Assembly (NCBI RefSeq): GCF_030684315.1
Contig: NC_081361.1
Span: forward strand, 45,925,553 to 45,989,552
Source: Stegostoma tigrinum
Lineage: Eukaryota
Reading direction: 5' to 3'
DNA length: 64,000 nucleotides
Position numbers and translations under genes: made by a program. The notes below the pieces were generated by a model that was not told the DNA's origin, made no database searches, and saw only the letters and a list, made by a program, of their open reading frames with translations. Below are positions 48,266 to 62,030 of this stretch, piece by piece (within the stretch, counting starts at the first letter, position 1; each line of letters starts with the position of its first letter).

Positions 48266-49514
48266 TATTTAATGACTCTATTTCCACCTCTGATAACAGT
48301 CACCTCAGAGTTCAGTCATACACACGGAAAGCCCCTTCAGTCCAACTCATCCATGCCAACAAGGGTTGCTAAACTGAAGTAGTCTCATTTGCCTGCGTAT
48401 GGCCCATATCCCTCTAAACCATTTCAATTTATATATACCTGTCCAAATTTATTTAAATGTTGTATTGTGGTCTCTATCTGAGCTATTAAAAACTTTTAAC
48501 TCAAATTTTCTAAGAGCAGTTCACATGCTGTGAATGCTGAAATGAAGATGACAGATGACAACATCTGACCAAATTGATACAATCACATCATTGATACCAG
48601 GAATACTTTTTTCACACCTCTATTTAGATATTTAACTTGACCTCCCTTATGGATCTCAAAACATACATCCCTACTTACTGATAACTATTCTAAAAACAAA
48701 CAGCTATTTTACTGACATATGGAGCCTAAAAAAGGTCAGATTCTTTGTGAATAATAGAGATTACGTTAAACATTGCCTTTCATTCCCACCAACAATTTAT
48801 CCTTAAAAAGATGAACAAATGCTACTCTATATATGGGTAGAAGCACTAACTACACAAAACCAGTCTGATTAACACTAACATGGACTGACTCATCCAGCAA
48901 AGCCACTCACAGTAAAACAAATGTCATGTCTCTAATCAGAATACAAGGGATCTAGAACAAATTCAGCTCTTCTTCAGCACTATGTACGGGTTGAAGCTGT
49001 AGTCTGATTTGGAAACAGACAGATGTTAATTCACACCTCACCATTTATTAACTTCTCAAATATTCACAAACAGTTAAGCACAATGCAATCTGTAAGTTAT
49101 GAAGTGACTGAATAATTGGTTACTGAACAAGCCATATGACATATGGCATAGAAACGGGCCATTTGCTTCAATTAGACAATGGTTGTGCTCCGCTCAATTC
49201 TCCTTCCATCTTTCTCCCTTTAAATCTGACATCATAATCCTCTATTCCTTTCTCTTATTTGCAGCCATTCAAGCACTCTGTCATTGAGACTAGCACTGCA
49301 CCATGCAGCATACCACTCCAATCATGCTTTGCATTTACCAAACACAAATGGCCCTTAACAGATGTTTGACATTGCCAAATGAATATGTGCGCGCACCGGA
49401 TTTAATAAATGAATCATTTTAAAAGCCTCAATGAGTTATAGAGCATACAATATCCCAACAAACTTTAAACTAAAATTTAGTATTGTTCCTCTATGAAATT
49501 AAAGTGTTAACTCA

Positions 49515-49825
49515 ATTTAGAATCATAGAATCCCTACAGTGCAGGTAGAGGCCATTCAGCCCATTAAGTCTGCACCAACCCTCCGAAGAGCATCTACCAT
49601 CACCCCGTAATCCCCATAACCTCTCAATTATTATAACTAACCCAATGATCCTGTATTACCTTGGACACTACAGGGCAATTTAACCTGGCCAATTCACCGA
49701 ACCTGCACTATGGGAAGAAACCCACACAGGCATGGGCAGAATGTGCAAACTCCACACAAGACAGACAGTCACCTGGGGCTGGAATCAAACCTGGGTCCCT
49801 GTTGCTGTGAGGCAACAGTGTTAAT
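49515..49825 (-). mobile_element. HE1-like V-SINE
   Basis: Reverse-strand B box and V-domain (gtgtggagtttgcacattct) with a CR1-type tail. Confidence 0.75.
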
Positions 49826-51721
49826 CTAAATAACCTACCCAAATGATATCTCAATGAGACTGACCAATTACCACTGTACATTTCAAAGTTATTTGTGATA
49901 TATGAAGCACCGAGATCCCCTAAAAGTATGACAAGACACTATCAATGCACATCCTCCACCCATTAGTGCTATTCCCAATAATCTTTCCAATCTTGATATC
50001 TGAGGTTGGCAGTTGGATAAAATACAATATACAATTTAACGTTCAGGTCATATCAAAAAAAGTAAATTATAGTTTTTTTTAAAGGATAAAAGACGGAGGA
50101 AGAATTTCAGTTGCTTTTGTTTCTTTCTGAACTCTAGGATTCAGCAAATTTGAATGACATATCTAGAATTTTATACTTAATTGTTTGGAATTTTAGACTT
50201 CCTGGAAGAAAACTAAAATTTATAAATTAAAGGTATATGAAGACATTATTAGAATTTCAATTTCAGAAGCAAATGTGATTTTGGGTCAAAGAATGATGGC
50301 CATTCAGGTTTGTTTGAGGTCTCCAAGAATTGCTTCCCCATCTCCATAACCCAGCAACTGTTTCCTTCAGGTATTTTGGTATTGTCTTTTGAAAGTCTCG
50401 GATAATTTACTGTTGTGCCTTCAGGCAATACATTCCAATTGTGCAAATCATGAAAAATAGGTTCTCCTCATCACCTATAGTTCTTTCGACAAACATGAAA
50501 GCCATGCGCTCTGGCTATCAAACTTTCCTGATTTTCTCAATCAAAACTGTTAGTGACTTTTAACCCATCTATCAAATCTTGCTGCTGATCCTCTCTGCGA
50601 TAAGAGCTTAGCCAGCCTCCTCAAATAGCTAAAGTTCCTCATTCCCAACACTATTTTCTCATTGTTCTACATCAACACTAAACCTGTGACATCATTTCTA
50701 AAACAGGATTTCCTGTATCCAGCATTATGGTTGAGGCCTAGAAGGCTTTTGTACTTTATCGATAAACTTCTTGGTTTAAAATGGCCTTTTCAATTTGCTC
50801 GAAATCTTTCAAGATGAATATACGTCCCAGGCCCAGGCCTCTGCTCCTTCAACCCCTCTAAAACTGTATAATTGGGCCGTCTCTTCTCATTTTTCTTCTT
50901 CAGATGAATCACATTCCTACATTACTTGAGAAAAAGGTTCAAAGTTTTATTTTAAAACTTGTTCTTAGTTAATTCTGGATAGGCCCATACATAGACTTCA
51001 TATTAATACAGAAAGCAGGAAATTCGCTACAGTTAAAAATAAAGAAAATTCAGGCAGTGAAAGCAAGCAGAAAAATTTCAAGTGAACTCAGAGTCAGAAG
51101 CAGAACCTCTAAAAAGGGAAGTCATGAACAGTGGACAATAATAAGCCAATGAGCAGCATTACCTGGAATAACAGCATTCATGTGCAGAAATTGGTCACCA
51201 GTGTACACATCTACAGCACTCATTTGAGCACCTTTATCAAATCTTAATCTTCCCTGCTCTTAGAAAAACTCCAGCTGCTGCAATCTGTCCACATTACTGA
51301 AGTTCCTTATTTTCCAGTGCAAATTTCACTGCGTCAAATTTAAGGCCTTGACATCTTTCTCAGCATGGATTGAGCATAATGGTTGTTGGTCTAAACAGGC
51401 TTTTGAATTCATTGGTCATCACTGCACTGCTTCAGATGGCTAGGCATGCTTTTTAATATTTCCATAATGCACTGTCCAAGAATTTACAAATAAATGCACA
51501 ATTTCTATTCAAAGCAGGGAAGTAGGGCATTTCTGATCAGGTCTCAGTTCACAAACTAGATTACACATACTTCTGCACAGCTCAAACTTCAGATGACTAC
51601 ATGCCCATGTTCACAGTACCCCAAGATTTTTTATGAAACAAACAGAAACCTGACTTCTGCCAAAACTGTAAGAAATCAATAATTGCTGCTTCCACTTTAT
51701 GAGAATGGCTTCAGGGATGAA

Positions 51722-52125
51722 AACATAAGAACTAGAAGCAGGAGTAGGCCATCTCCCCCTTGAGCCTGCCCTGCTATTTAATAAGATCATGGCTGATCTT
51801 TTTGAGACTCAGCTCCACTTACCCACCATAACCCTTAATTCCTTTACTGTTCAAAAATTTATCTAGCCTTGCCTTAAACAAATTCAGCACGGTAGCTCCA
51901 ACCACTTCACAAGGCAGGGAATTCCACAGATTCATAACCCTTTGAGTGAAGAAGTTCGTCCTGACCCCAATCCTACATCTGCTTCCGTTTATTTTGAGGT
52001 TATGCCCCCTCGTCCTATTTTCACCTGCTAGTGGAAACAATCTCCTTGCCTCTAACCTATCTATTCCCTTCATAATCTTATGTTTCTGTAAGATCTCCCT
52101 TCATTCTTCTGAATTTCAATGACTA
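51722..52125 (-). mobile_element. CR1 3' fragment
   Basis: ORF 51819-52073: RTRGHNLK...FFTQRVMNLWNSLP. Confidence 0.85.
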
Positions 52126-52989
52126 GCATCTGTTATGAAGAAAATGGGGACATGGGGCCTGTTTATTTTCCTTGGACAGGAGGCAGCTAAATAAAAAAAT
52201 TGATAGAAGTTTTCAAAATCATAATGGTTCTGGACAAATTAGAAGACAGAAACTGTTTCACTTGTGAAAGGAGCAAGCAGAGGGCAGATTTTAAAGTGTT
52301 TACAAAAGGAGCAAATGTTTTGTGAAAGCTTTATCACACAGCAAATGGTCTGGGTTTGGAAGGCACAGCCTGGAAGTTTGATAGAGGTAGGTTTAATTCA
52401 GGAAGCCAAGAGTATCGGAAGATTATTTAAATAGAAACAACGCGTGATGTTATGGGAAAAAAAAGGATGTCTTCATTGTTACTTTAAAAATGCTCAGAGA
52501 CCCAGTCAATGGTCTCCTCTGTACCAAAACATGTGTGTTCAAGTTTCCAGTAACTTCGCATGTGAATCTCAAATGTTTTACTGCTCCACAACACAATTTA
52601 ATAAATTCACAAGTTGCAACCTCTGTGACAGAAGTGTATTTTTCCTACACTTTCTGCTCAACACTGCCAAAACTTCTGGCTGCATGAGCCCTCAGTTACT
52701 CAGCTTATTGGCTTTGCCCTCACTTGATCCCAATCTTTCTGTTCAATCACAACCACAGAATCTTAAACATGCCTTCTCTTTCTCACTGCACTGTCTTTTC
52801 TAGTATCACCCCAAAAAATCTGTCTTTAGCCCTTCCTTCTTTCACATCCATATTTGGTCCCTTGACAATATCATCTAAAGATAATGGGTCAGCTTCCATG
52901 AATATTCAACACCGTCCACCTCACAGGTTACAATTATCTGAGGTTTTATGTTGACTGCAAATTTTCAAACTGCACCTTCAACACCAAGA

Positions 52990-54950
52990 TATAGACGATT
53001 AATATATCTCAAAATACAAGAATCCCAAGACTGACCCATAGGGAACTCCACTACAAAATTTCTTCCAGCTCAAAAATATATTATTAACTCTTATTGTTCC
53101 CTATGATTCAGCCAATTTTGTATCCATGTTGTGACTGTCTATTTTTGCATCATCACCTATCAACTTCCTTGTACTTCTGCTCTTCAGCACTGTAACAAAC
53201 ATTTGGAAGTCCATGTATATTACATTAATAGGCTTCGCCTCATCGACTCTTATCTCTTCAAAAGGAGGTAAGTTAGACATCTCCCTGTAACAAATGTGAC
53301 TATTAACTCTAATGTGAATAACTGCTTTTAAGATGCTTTCCCAAAGTAAATTGTTTATCCAGTCAATAATTGCTAGGCTTAGCTTTACAACTTTTTTGAA
53401 CAAGGACAATGTCTGCAATTCTCCAGTCCTCGTGCACCACCCAATCTAGGCACAATTGAAATACTACTGTCAACCTCTGATTTCCACTCCCTTCAATAAC
53501 TTTGGATGCATCTCACTTAGCCTGACGCTTTATCACGTTTAAATACTGACAGTATATCTAAAATCTCATCAGTTTGAAACCTTCTAGTGAGCAAGTTTCC
53601 TCCTGTGTCACCATGATCTAAGTAGCACCTACCGAGTAGTTAAAAACAGATGCAAAATTTAGCACCTCAGCCATGCCTCTTACTTCCATGTGTAAAATTC
53701 CATTTTGATGCCTAATCAGCCCTACAGCTCCCTTTACCATCCCTTTCATACTTATAAAAGACTTTGGGCTTTCCATTTATTAGCTGCCAGTCTTCTTTCA
53801 TAATACCTCTTTACTTTGTTTACCTGCTTTTTCACCTCTCTTCTGAACTTTCTGTATTCAGCTCGATTCTCAATAAGATTTGTTTCTCCATTTCCACTCT
53901 GCATTGACCATTGCCATATTTCCCCATCATCCTAAACTGTATCATATAGCGATCACAATCTTCCAGATGCTCCGCCCACTATTATCTAGCAAGCTAGCCC
54001 ACCCTCACTTCCAACAGCAAAAACCTCCTTTCTTGAAGTTGATACACTGCTGTAGTCCCTCCACAACCCCTTACCCCCCCAACCCAAGACATACAATCAA
54101 GGAAGCCTCTCTCTCTCTCTCTCTTTACCACTATCCCAGATTATATGCAAGTAATTCAAGTTCCCACTATAAATATGTTACATTTACATCTTCCAGATTT
54201 GTTTTTCTACATCCTTCCAACTAACTGGCAGCTTTTTGATTACATCAAGCATTGTAAGTAAACCTCTCCTGTTCTTTATCTCTAACCAAATTGATTCAGT
54301 CCTTGGACCATCTGAAACTTTATCTTTTTTTGAGTACTGCAATTAACTGAACTACTCCTCGGCTGAAAAAACAGTATCCCTTCTTTTTGTCCATATAATT
54401 TCTCTTCCCAAATACATTATAACAAGGAATATTTAACACCCAGACTTATCCTTCCTCATCTCTTTTCGCCACATCATAATCCTATCTGCAAGTTTGCCTG
54501 TAACACCACCCCAATCTTATTTATTATTTTCCATACATTCATGTACATGCACTATAGATTAATTTAGACAGCTCCACATATTACTGATTACTCTCTATTT
54601 GAATGCCATTTGCCTCTCTCAGCATTCTTGCAGCCTGGTATTAAATTTCTAATATTGTTTCATTACCACATCCCTGCTGAATTAATTTAAAACCTCCCAA
54701 AAGCACTAGCAAACATCCCCACAAGGAACCTAAAGGCTTTTCCAACTGCCTCATCTTTCTAGCCATACATTCTTGTCTTTTTCCCCCCCAATTCTGTACT
54801 CCCTTGCATGTGGCATCCACGGATTACTTTAAAGATCCCGATTGCTAATTTTCTACCGAGGTGCCTAAATTGAGATTCCAGGATCATATCCCCAGCTCTG
54901 TGCCCCACCACTCCTATCTATGTCATTAGCAGCAATATGACCAACAGGCT
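52990..54950 (-). mobile_element. Highly degenerate CR1 body
   Basis: INVIYMDFQ (RT) motif in ORF 53101-53418 and scattered CR1-like segments. Confidence 0.5.
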
Positions 54951-55461
54951 CTGGCTGTTTGCCCTCTCCAAGATGACTGTCCTACAGCCATTCTGATATC
55001 CACTAACTTAGTACTAGGGAGGCAACACATTTTCCTGGAATCACAACTATGGCTGCAAAAATGCCTTAAGTTATGAGCACAGGTGCACTAAGAGCTTGGT
55101 TAGGCCATAGCAAGACTGGTGTGCGTCTTTTTGGTCTCATCTCAGGAAAGCTATAATCATCATTAAGACAGTGCAACGAAGGTTCACCAGGTTTGTTCCT
55201 GGGATGAAAAACTGGACTTGTATTCTCTAAAATTTCAAATGATCAGAGGTGATCTCACTGAGACGGCAAAAGACTTAAATGGATAGACAAGATAGATGCA
55301 GTAAGTAACTCCCCCTGATGAGGAGTCTAAAATCAGGGGACAATTGAAAAAATGATTTAAGCCTGAGGAGGAGAAATCATTTTATTCAGAGGGTGAACCT
55401 TTGGTCTGCAGAAGCTCAGTCTTTCAGTTTATTTAAGGTACAGACTGACTGATTTTTGATT

Positions 55462-56214
55462 CTGGATGTGCAGCGTATTCAAAAAGAACGGGTACCCAGT
55501 GAACACAGTCCGCCGATTTCTCAGCAACAAACCCAAACAAACAGACAAAATGTGCCCAGAAACCATAACCACTGTCCCCTACATCAAAGACATTTCGGAA
55601 ATGACTGCCAGACTACTCAAACCTCTTGGCATCATGGTAGCCCACAAACCCACCAACACACTAAAACAGCAGCTAATGAACTTAAAAGACCCTATACAGA
55701 CAACAAGCAAAACGAACGTCATCTACAAAATGCCTTGCAAGAACTGTGACAAACACTACATTGGACAAACAGGCAGAAAGCTAGCCACCAGGATACATGA
55801 ATATCAACTAGCCACAAAAAGACATGGCCCACTATCACTAGTATCCTTACATACAGATGAGGAAGGACACCACTTTGATTGGGACAACACATCCATCCTA
55901 GGACAAGCCAAACAGAGACACGCACAAGAATTCCTAGAAGCATGGCATTCCAACTGGAACTCCATCAACAAACACATTGATTTGGAGCCCATCTACCATC
56001 CCCTGAGAAAAAGAACAGGAAATGACATCACCAACCCAAGGAAACCTAAACAAATAAATAGAAAGCGGGACGTAACACGAGCGCTTCACCGGAAGCTCAC
56101 TGATGATGTTACCTAGAATGGTGACAAAACGTCTGAAAACTAACCTTCCAGCTCAGCGAGCAAACTCACATCCAGAAACTCAACCTGGGCTACAAATCTT
56201 CTCAAAACTCGTCA
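55462..56214 (+). mobile_element. Second Penelope family, 5'-truncated GIY-YIG fragment inserted in a CR1 3' end
   Basis: 216-aa ORF with NVIYKMPCKNCDKHYIGQTGRKLATRIHE...LEAWH...SIN; direct repeat gatttttgatt (55451-55461 / 56215-56225). Confidence 0.9.
56097..56136 (+). ncRNA. Minimal type I hammerhead motif at the 3' end of the Penelope ORF (one core substitution)
   Basis: tca-CTGATGA-t-GTTACC(tagaat)GGTGAC-AAAA-c-GTC-tga: 3-bp stem I, 6-bp stem II, GAAA read as AAAA. Confidence 0.65.
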
Positions 56215-59200
56215 GATTTTTGATTGCCAGTGGCATGCATGAGGTAAGTAAAAGGCATTGAAATGCTCGATTATTTTGAATGATGGGCAGACTTAATGGC
56301 TTGAATGGTTCATTCCTGTTCCTCTAACTTAACAATCCTTTACACTCTGTTTTGCTCCCTTCTTGTACAGCTGGGCCACTTTTGGTGATGTGGGCTTGGC
56401 TCCTACTGCACTCCAGGAATGCATTATCCTCACTAATATTCAGAATTGAAAACTGGTTAATGAGCAGTATCTCTGCAAATTCCTGTATTACTTGCTTGTT
56501 TCCCTTAGACAACAGGACAATCATCTATTCCACATCTGGCTTCTCCTAACTTGATGTGTGACCATCTCTCTAACTGCACTATCCATATGGTTTTCTGCCT
56601 GTGGATGGACCTCAGTGAATCTACCACTCTGAAACCCAGATCTCAAGCTTGTATAGCTAGTAAAACCTCCTGCATGTGGGTTATCTCAGGTTTTAAGAAC
56701 TATCAGCAACCCCTCATCACATATGGCATTCTGCTTGGCTGTGTTGTCCACCCATGTTTTAACTTACACTTAAGTTACTTTACTCACCAACTTTAGAGAC
56801 TTTAATGTTACTTTTGTACTATTAAATAAAAACTGAGGATTAGTAGAAATTTTTCACTTGTACTCACTAATCAGCTCCTTTCCTGGTGTCTTCAATTGAG
56901 TACTTTCCCTGTGCTTGATTAGAAATTCATGCTCTTCAAAATTACTGAAATTAAAACACAGCCTAATAGCAGTAGCTTACAATTAATCAACTCATCATAG
57001 TGCAACATGTTACTCAGATTTTCCTCCCCGTTCCTTGGGCTATTTGATCTGGTGACCACACTCTGTCTTTCTCGCATTTGCGACAAACAATTTGGGAATT
57101 TGGATTTAAGTGGGGAACAATAGATTTTCATATTCATTTCTGCGAAGGTTTCATTTTGTTTAAGAAAAGTCAGTCATTTTTAAATAGCATTTCGACATCT
57201 CTTCGAAGAAAGGGTGGGACTCAAGTTAAAAAGACTTGATCAGCTGTCTGGGGAGTTTGTTGATGAAACAGTCACAAAATTCAACTCTTATAACACAAAA
57301 ACAGACCAAGGACAACAATCCGGATTCTACCGAGAAGAACACTTTCATAACAGGAGAGCAAATTAGACTGTGGGAGTCCAGGTTTTAAAATTGCAAAAGT
57401 GAAAACAGATTCCAGATTTAGGTAGACAGGATATTTTTCCCCAAGTTGAATTAGGAGAAGTCAGTGAAGTAGCCAGTGTCTGTGTATCTAGGGGAGAGAC
57501 TGTAGTAGACAGAATGATACATCACAACGTACATTAAGTCACAAATGAAATGCTTGCAATTTCATCAGTAAGAAATTAAAGAATTAAGCTAGGAGTGACA
57601 CTTCACTCAATTTGAGTGTCTATAAAGGATACTGTTGGGGAAAAAACTTGATTTTTTTTTCCTGTTTATGTTAAGATCTCTAAGTGATCATATAGATCTT
57701 TGTTCTTTTGTGCAACAAACCTCTATTCTTTTGTTTAAAAAAAAATTGGCAGCATCACGTGCACATGTTCAGTGACTGACCACAACAGCGACCAAATCGC
57801 ACCAAATATTCTATGACTGGACATACATCAATCTATTAAACCAGGTTTCATTTTGGAGTCCGTCTTGTTACACGGTATGTGGTTGCTTCTTAAGTTCATG
57901 AACTCTGGACAGCAAAAGGAACATGGAGAACGTATGAAAGTTTGCAAAGAAAAAGAGGATTGTATGTTGCTTCTTGTAAGGAATGAGCTTTGAAAGGAAG
58001 CAATATCAAAAGAGAGTGAATTACTTACTATAGCAAACGGCTGGGTTTGTGGTTTGGGGTGGAAGAGGACTGCGGTTTGAATCAGGAATCGGGAAAGGAA
58101 GCTGATACAGGAGAAGGTTTGGCTTGGCGGACATGCAGAGAAGAAACTGCAAAACAGTTGAATAAATTCTCCCTGACAAGAAAATAGCTCGCCTGCAATC
58201 ACTAATGAAGCAAGGGTTTAAACAGATGGTTAGTAATGAAGGAAAGGTGAATATGTTAAATTGGGGAAGTCTGTTATTGAAATCAGTAGTAAGGCTAGCT
58301 CCAGCACAAATACAAAATTCCTACAGAATCAATGTAGGCAAGCAATACAAAAAATTTCAAACATATTGGCAATATGGAGGCATAACCTATATATCAAACC
58401 AGTGATGTACAAGTGTGATACTTCTCTATTTGGGGTTGGTTGGATTGAAGGTGAAAATCTTGTCAAGGCTGAAAACCCAAAGTTATTGTACTAGATATAA
58501 GTGACCAAAAAATGATGGAACTTGAATTAGCTAATTCCACACTATGGAATAAAACCAAGTCAATGCTAACGTAAAAGCACAATACCAAAAAAGTGGAATT
58601 CTTATATAATAGTGTTCCAAAGAATAGTTCTACTGGACTCAAAATATTAATTGCTTCCTTCCCACAGAGGTTGTCAGGCCTGCTGAGTTTCTCCAGCACT
58701 TTCTGTTTATAGTCAAATCAAGTCAATGTCAACTGCAATCTGTGAACTAAGCTAATACTGGACAGGTTTCCAAACCGAACCTGACATCTCCATCTTTGGC
58801 TCCTTCCAATTTCACATCTACGCAGTGACATATCATTTAAAAACATGTTTGAAGACGACATCCAGCACCCTTTAATTATCACCTTCCTCACGCTTTACAT
58901 TCTTGATCTTTATTTACTGCCATCAAAAAAAAATGCCGTAATCTCCCTTCAATGACCTGCTTGTGGGCACAGTCTGAAGCTGGAACGTTCACAAATTTGC
59001 CATTACAAACAACCCTGATCTGAACTTCTGACCCTACATCCTCTCTACTGCCAAAACTGCCACTTACATGGTTGTAACATCACCTGTCCTAAACATGCCT
59101 CATTTCATCTACCGATGAAATCTAGTTGATGCCTTAGTTAGTTGTATATTTATTACCAATCTTTCCACACTGGTGAGCTTCCGACCTTGCAATGTCTTCA

Positions 59201-59259
59201 AACTTGAACTCATCAAAAACACAACTGCCCATTTGCTAACCTACGTCCCATTTACTTAT

Positions 59260-59407
59260 GATAGCAGGAACTGCCAATGCTGGAGAATCTGAGATAACAA
59301 GGTGTAGAGTGGGATGAACACAGCAGGCCAAGGAGCAGAGGAGCAGGAAAGCTGACGTTTTGGCTCAAAACCCTTCTTCAGAAAACCAGACGCTCTACAC
59401 CTTGTTA
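59260..59407. mobile_element. PLE-terminus mini-element
   Basis: TSD tcccatttacttat / tcccacttacttat (59246-59259 / 59408-59421). Confidence 0.7.
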
Positions 59408-59429
59408 TCCCACTTACTTATCACCTGTT

Positions 59430-60520
59430 TGCTGTATTGGCTGCCTGTCAGAAGGCAGAGGGTTGGGATAAAAGGCTCTTTTTCGGAATGGCAATAGGTG
59501 ACGAGTGGTGTCCCGCAGGGTTCAGTGTTGGGGCCACAGCTGTTCACCTTATATATTAATGATCTGGATGAAGGGACTGGGGGCATTCTGGCGAAGTTTG
59601 CCAATGATACAAACATAGGTGTGCAGGCAGGTGGTACTGAGGAGGTGGGGAAGCTGCAGAAAGATTTAGACAGTTTAGAAGAGTGGTCCGGGAAATGGCT
59701 GATGAAATTCAATGTGAATAAATGTGAGGTTTTGCACTTTGGAAATAAGAATACAGGCATGGACTATTTTCTGAATGGTGAGAAAATTCGTAAAGCAGAA
59801 GTACAAAGGGATCTGGGAGTGTTGGTCCAGGATTCTCTAAAGGTTAACTTGCAGGTAGAGTCCGTAATTAAGAAAGCGAATGTAATGTTGTCGTTTATCT
59901 CAAGACGGTTGGAATATAAAAGCAGTGATGTGCTTCTGAGGCTTTATAAAGCTCTAGTTAGGCCCCATTTAGAATACTGTGTCCAATTTTGGGCCTCACA
60001 GGTCAGGAAGGACAAACTAGCCCTGGAGCGTGTCCAGCGGAGATTCACACAGATGATCCCTGGAATGGTAGGTTTAAAGTATGATGAACGGCTTAGGATC
60101 CTGGGATTGTACTCATTAGAGTTTAGAAGGTTGAGGGGAGATCTAATAGAAACTTACAAGATAATGTATGGTTTAGAAGGGGTAGACGCTAAGACGTTGT
60201 TTCTATTAGGAGGGGAGACTAGGACCCATGGGCACAGCCTTAAAATTAGAGGCGGTAAATTTAAAACTGAAATGAGACGACATTTCTTCAGCCAGAGTGT
60301 GGTGGGCTTGTGGAATTCATTACCACGGAGTGCAGCGGAGGCTGGGACATTGGATGCCTTCAAAGCAGAGATCGACAAATTCTTGATCTCAGAAGGAATC
60401 AAGGGCTATGGGGAGAGTGCAGGGAAGTGGAGTTGAAATGCCCATCAGCTATGATTTAAATGGCAGAGTGGACTTGATGGGCCGAATGGCCTTACTTCCA
60501 CTCCTATGTCTTATGGTTTG
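59430..60520 (+). mobile_element. Young 5'-truncated CR1 LINE with an uninterrupted 312-codon RT C-terminal ORF
   Basis: SGVPQGSVLGP.LF..YINDL, KFANDT (FADD with one Asp lost), CR1 C-terminus and 3' tail. Confidence 0.95.
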
Positions 60521-60544
60521 AACTGACTTAAAATGATTCCCATT

Positions 60545-60830
60545 CAGGTATTCCCTGATTTTAAAAATCTTCTTGTTTTCAACTCCCTCCACAGCCATGC
60601 TTCTTGCCCTTTTCCACTTGAACAATTCTACCACACATCTTGCTCATTCCTGATTTTCACTGCTTTACCACTCGCAACCATGCCTTCAGGCTCCAGGATC
60701 TGAAATACCCTTCTTACACGTCTTTAGTTCTTCCTTTAAGATGTTGTTGAAAGCCTGTCAAATCAAACAAGCTTTTGGTCACTTGTCCGAATGTGTCCTT
60801 CTGTGGTTTGATATTCTGTCAAGCACTCTG
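60545..60830 (+). mobile_element. L2-like LINE 3' remnant (likely continuing the L2-like fragment at ~58750-59250)
   Basis: Degenerate DFKI.LL.F.SLH and AFS...P..WN.LP-like segments. Confidence 0.4.
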
Positions 60831-61627
60831 ACCTTTTGCTTAATGCAACCCTTAGCCTGATTCATCCAATCCAATCCTCAACTGTCTCCTGAATTACAAC
60901 CTGCAAGAATTCCAGTCCACAAATATCCAAGTCCCAGCCTGCATTTAACAGTACACTCCCGTAATATCCACCCTCCGTAAATATGAACTGAAACGCTCAC
61001 GAAAGCAAAATAAAATTGTCATCTTTAAACTTCTTCATATCCTCACGCCTGTCTGTTCTACGAATCCCCTGTTTAGCTGAGGCAAACTGCCACTGCCTTG
61101 ATCTTAAACTAACCGACATCCTAGCCTACTTCGGGACTGAACCTTCAGCCAGGTTCTTCCGAGAGGGGCCAAAGCTTCAGCATTTGTGTCCCACCCTAGA
61201 ATGCAACTGACACTATGCAAATACAAGAGATTCTTAGAGCTAAATCTCGCCGGTAAAGGAAACATTTCAAAAATAAATAAACCAATCGCATTAAATGCAG
61301 AAGTTCAAATAATTAAGGTGTTCAGATAATGTTTAAACGGTTGCAATGCAAGTTAAATTATAAAAAAAACACCACGCCCAGATCACAAGAAAATGCAGCG
61401 GGTGCAGCCGTCAGGCAGGGACTTCCTACTGAGTGAATGAACAGTTCAGAGTCTGTAAGGAAGCGGGCCACCCGGACTGTACAGCCCCGGTACCGCTCTC
61501 TCTGGGACTGCATCCTCAGGTACTGTTCATTCCTGAGTTGGCCCGAGGGCCTAGAGCCCCGGTACCGCCGCTTCCCCACCTCCATCTTCCCCACCCGACG
61601 CCCGCGGCCCGAACTCAGGAAGGATAT

Positions 61628-61767
61628 TGCCTGATGGAAGCGTCCACTTCGACTTCGTCGGGACCCAGCTGGTTCTCGCCTCCTTCCTCTTCGTCCACGT
61701 AGTTGTTCTCGTCGTAGTCATCGACATTAACCCGACGGAACTTGTCGGCGCTGGTGTTCTTGGACAT
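61628..61767 (-). CDS. ARPC5: ARPC5 (Arp2/3 complex subunit 5, p16) exon 1
   Basis: [46 protein letters not shown](Q); 140 nt; total CDS 453 nt = 150 aa; MSKNT start and NCF2 synteny favour ARPC5 over ARPC5L. Confidence 0.94.
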
Positions 61768-61769
61768 GT

Positions 61770-62030
61770 CGCCGGGCAGAGGAGAGACAACACGGAGCAG
61801 CTTCCAACCGTCACTCACTGAACTCGAGGCCACCGCTTCCGCACGGGGCGGTCTTGGTGCGGGGGGGGGGTCAGAGGTGGAGGGAAGACCCGCTCCACTC
61901 TGCGCCTGCGCACCGCCCCAAGCGCGTGCACGCCGCGTACGCGCATAAGCGCCCCCGAGACCTGCCCAGGTGAAGCGTGAGCGCTGTGTCGGTTCACAGC
62001 AACTGAAGGTTGATGTCGAGCTGTGCAGCA
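61770..62030 (-). promoter_or_regulatory. CpG-island promoter/5' UTR of ARPC5 with an NRF1 site and GC box
   Basis: Dense CpG from ~61450 to 62030; TGCGCCTGCGCA at 61901-61912; ccgcccc at 61913-61919. Confidence 0.7.

Larger units (their letters stand above)
43601..61627 (-). other. ARPC5: U12-type AT-AC intron (ARPC5 intron 1), 18,027 nt
   Basis: 5' splice site ATATCCTT (61627-61620), branch point TTCCTTAAT (43619-43611), 3' terminal AC; the join CA|A restores ...SIRQGNL... Confidence 0.93.

Noticed and set aside
57008-57872. Possible solo LTR (tgttac...tgttaca)
   Set aside because: No matching TSD, second LTR or internal domain visible; cannot be supported without a repeat search
59498-60436. 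312-aa RT ORF as a host gene or active retrotransposon
   Set aside because: 5'-truncated CR1 lacking the endonuclease and the RT N-terminus, with a mutated catalytic motif
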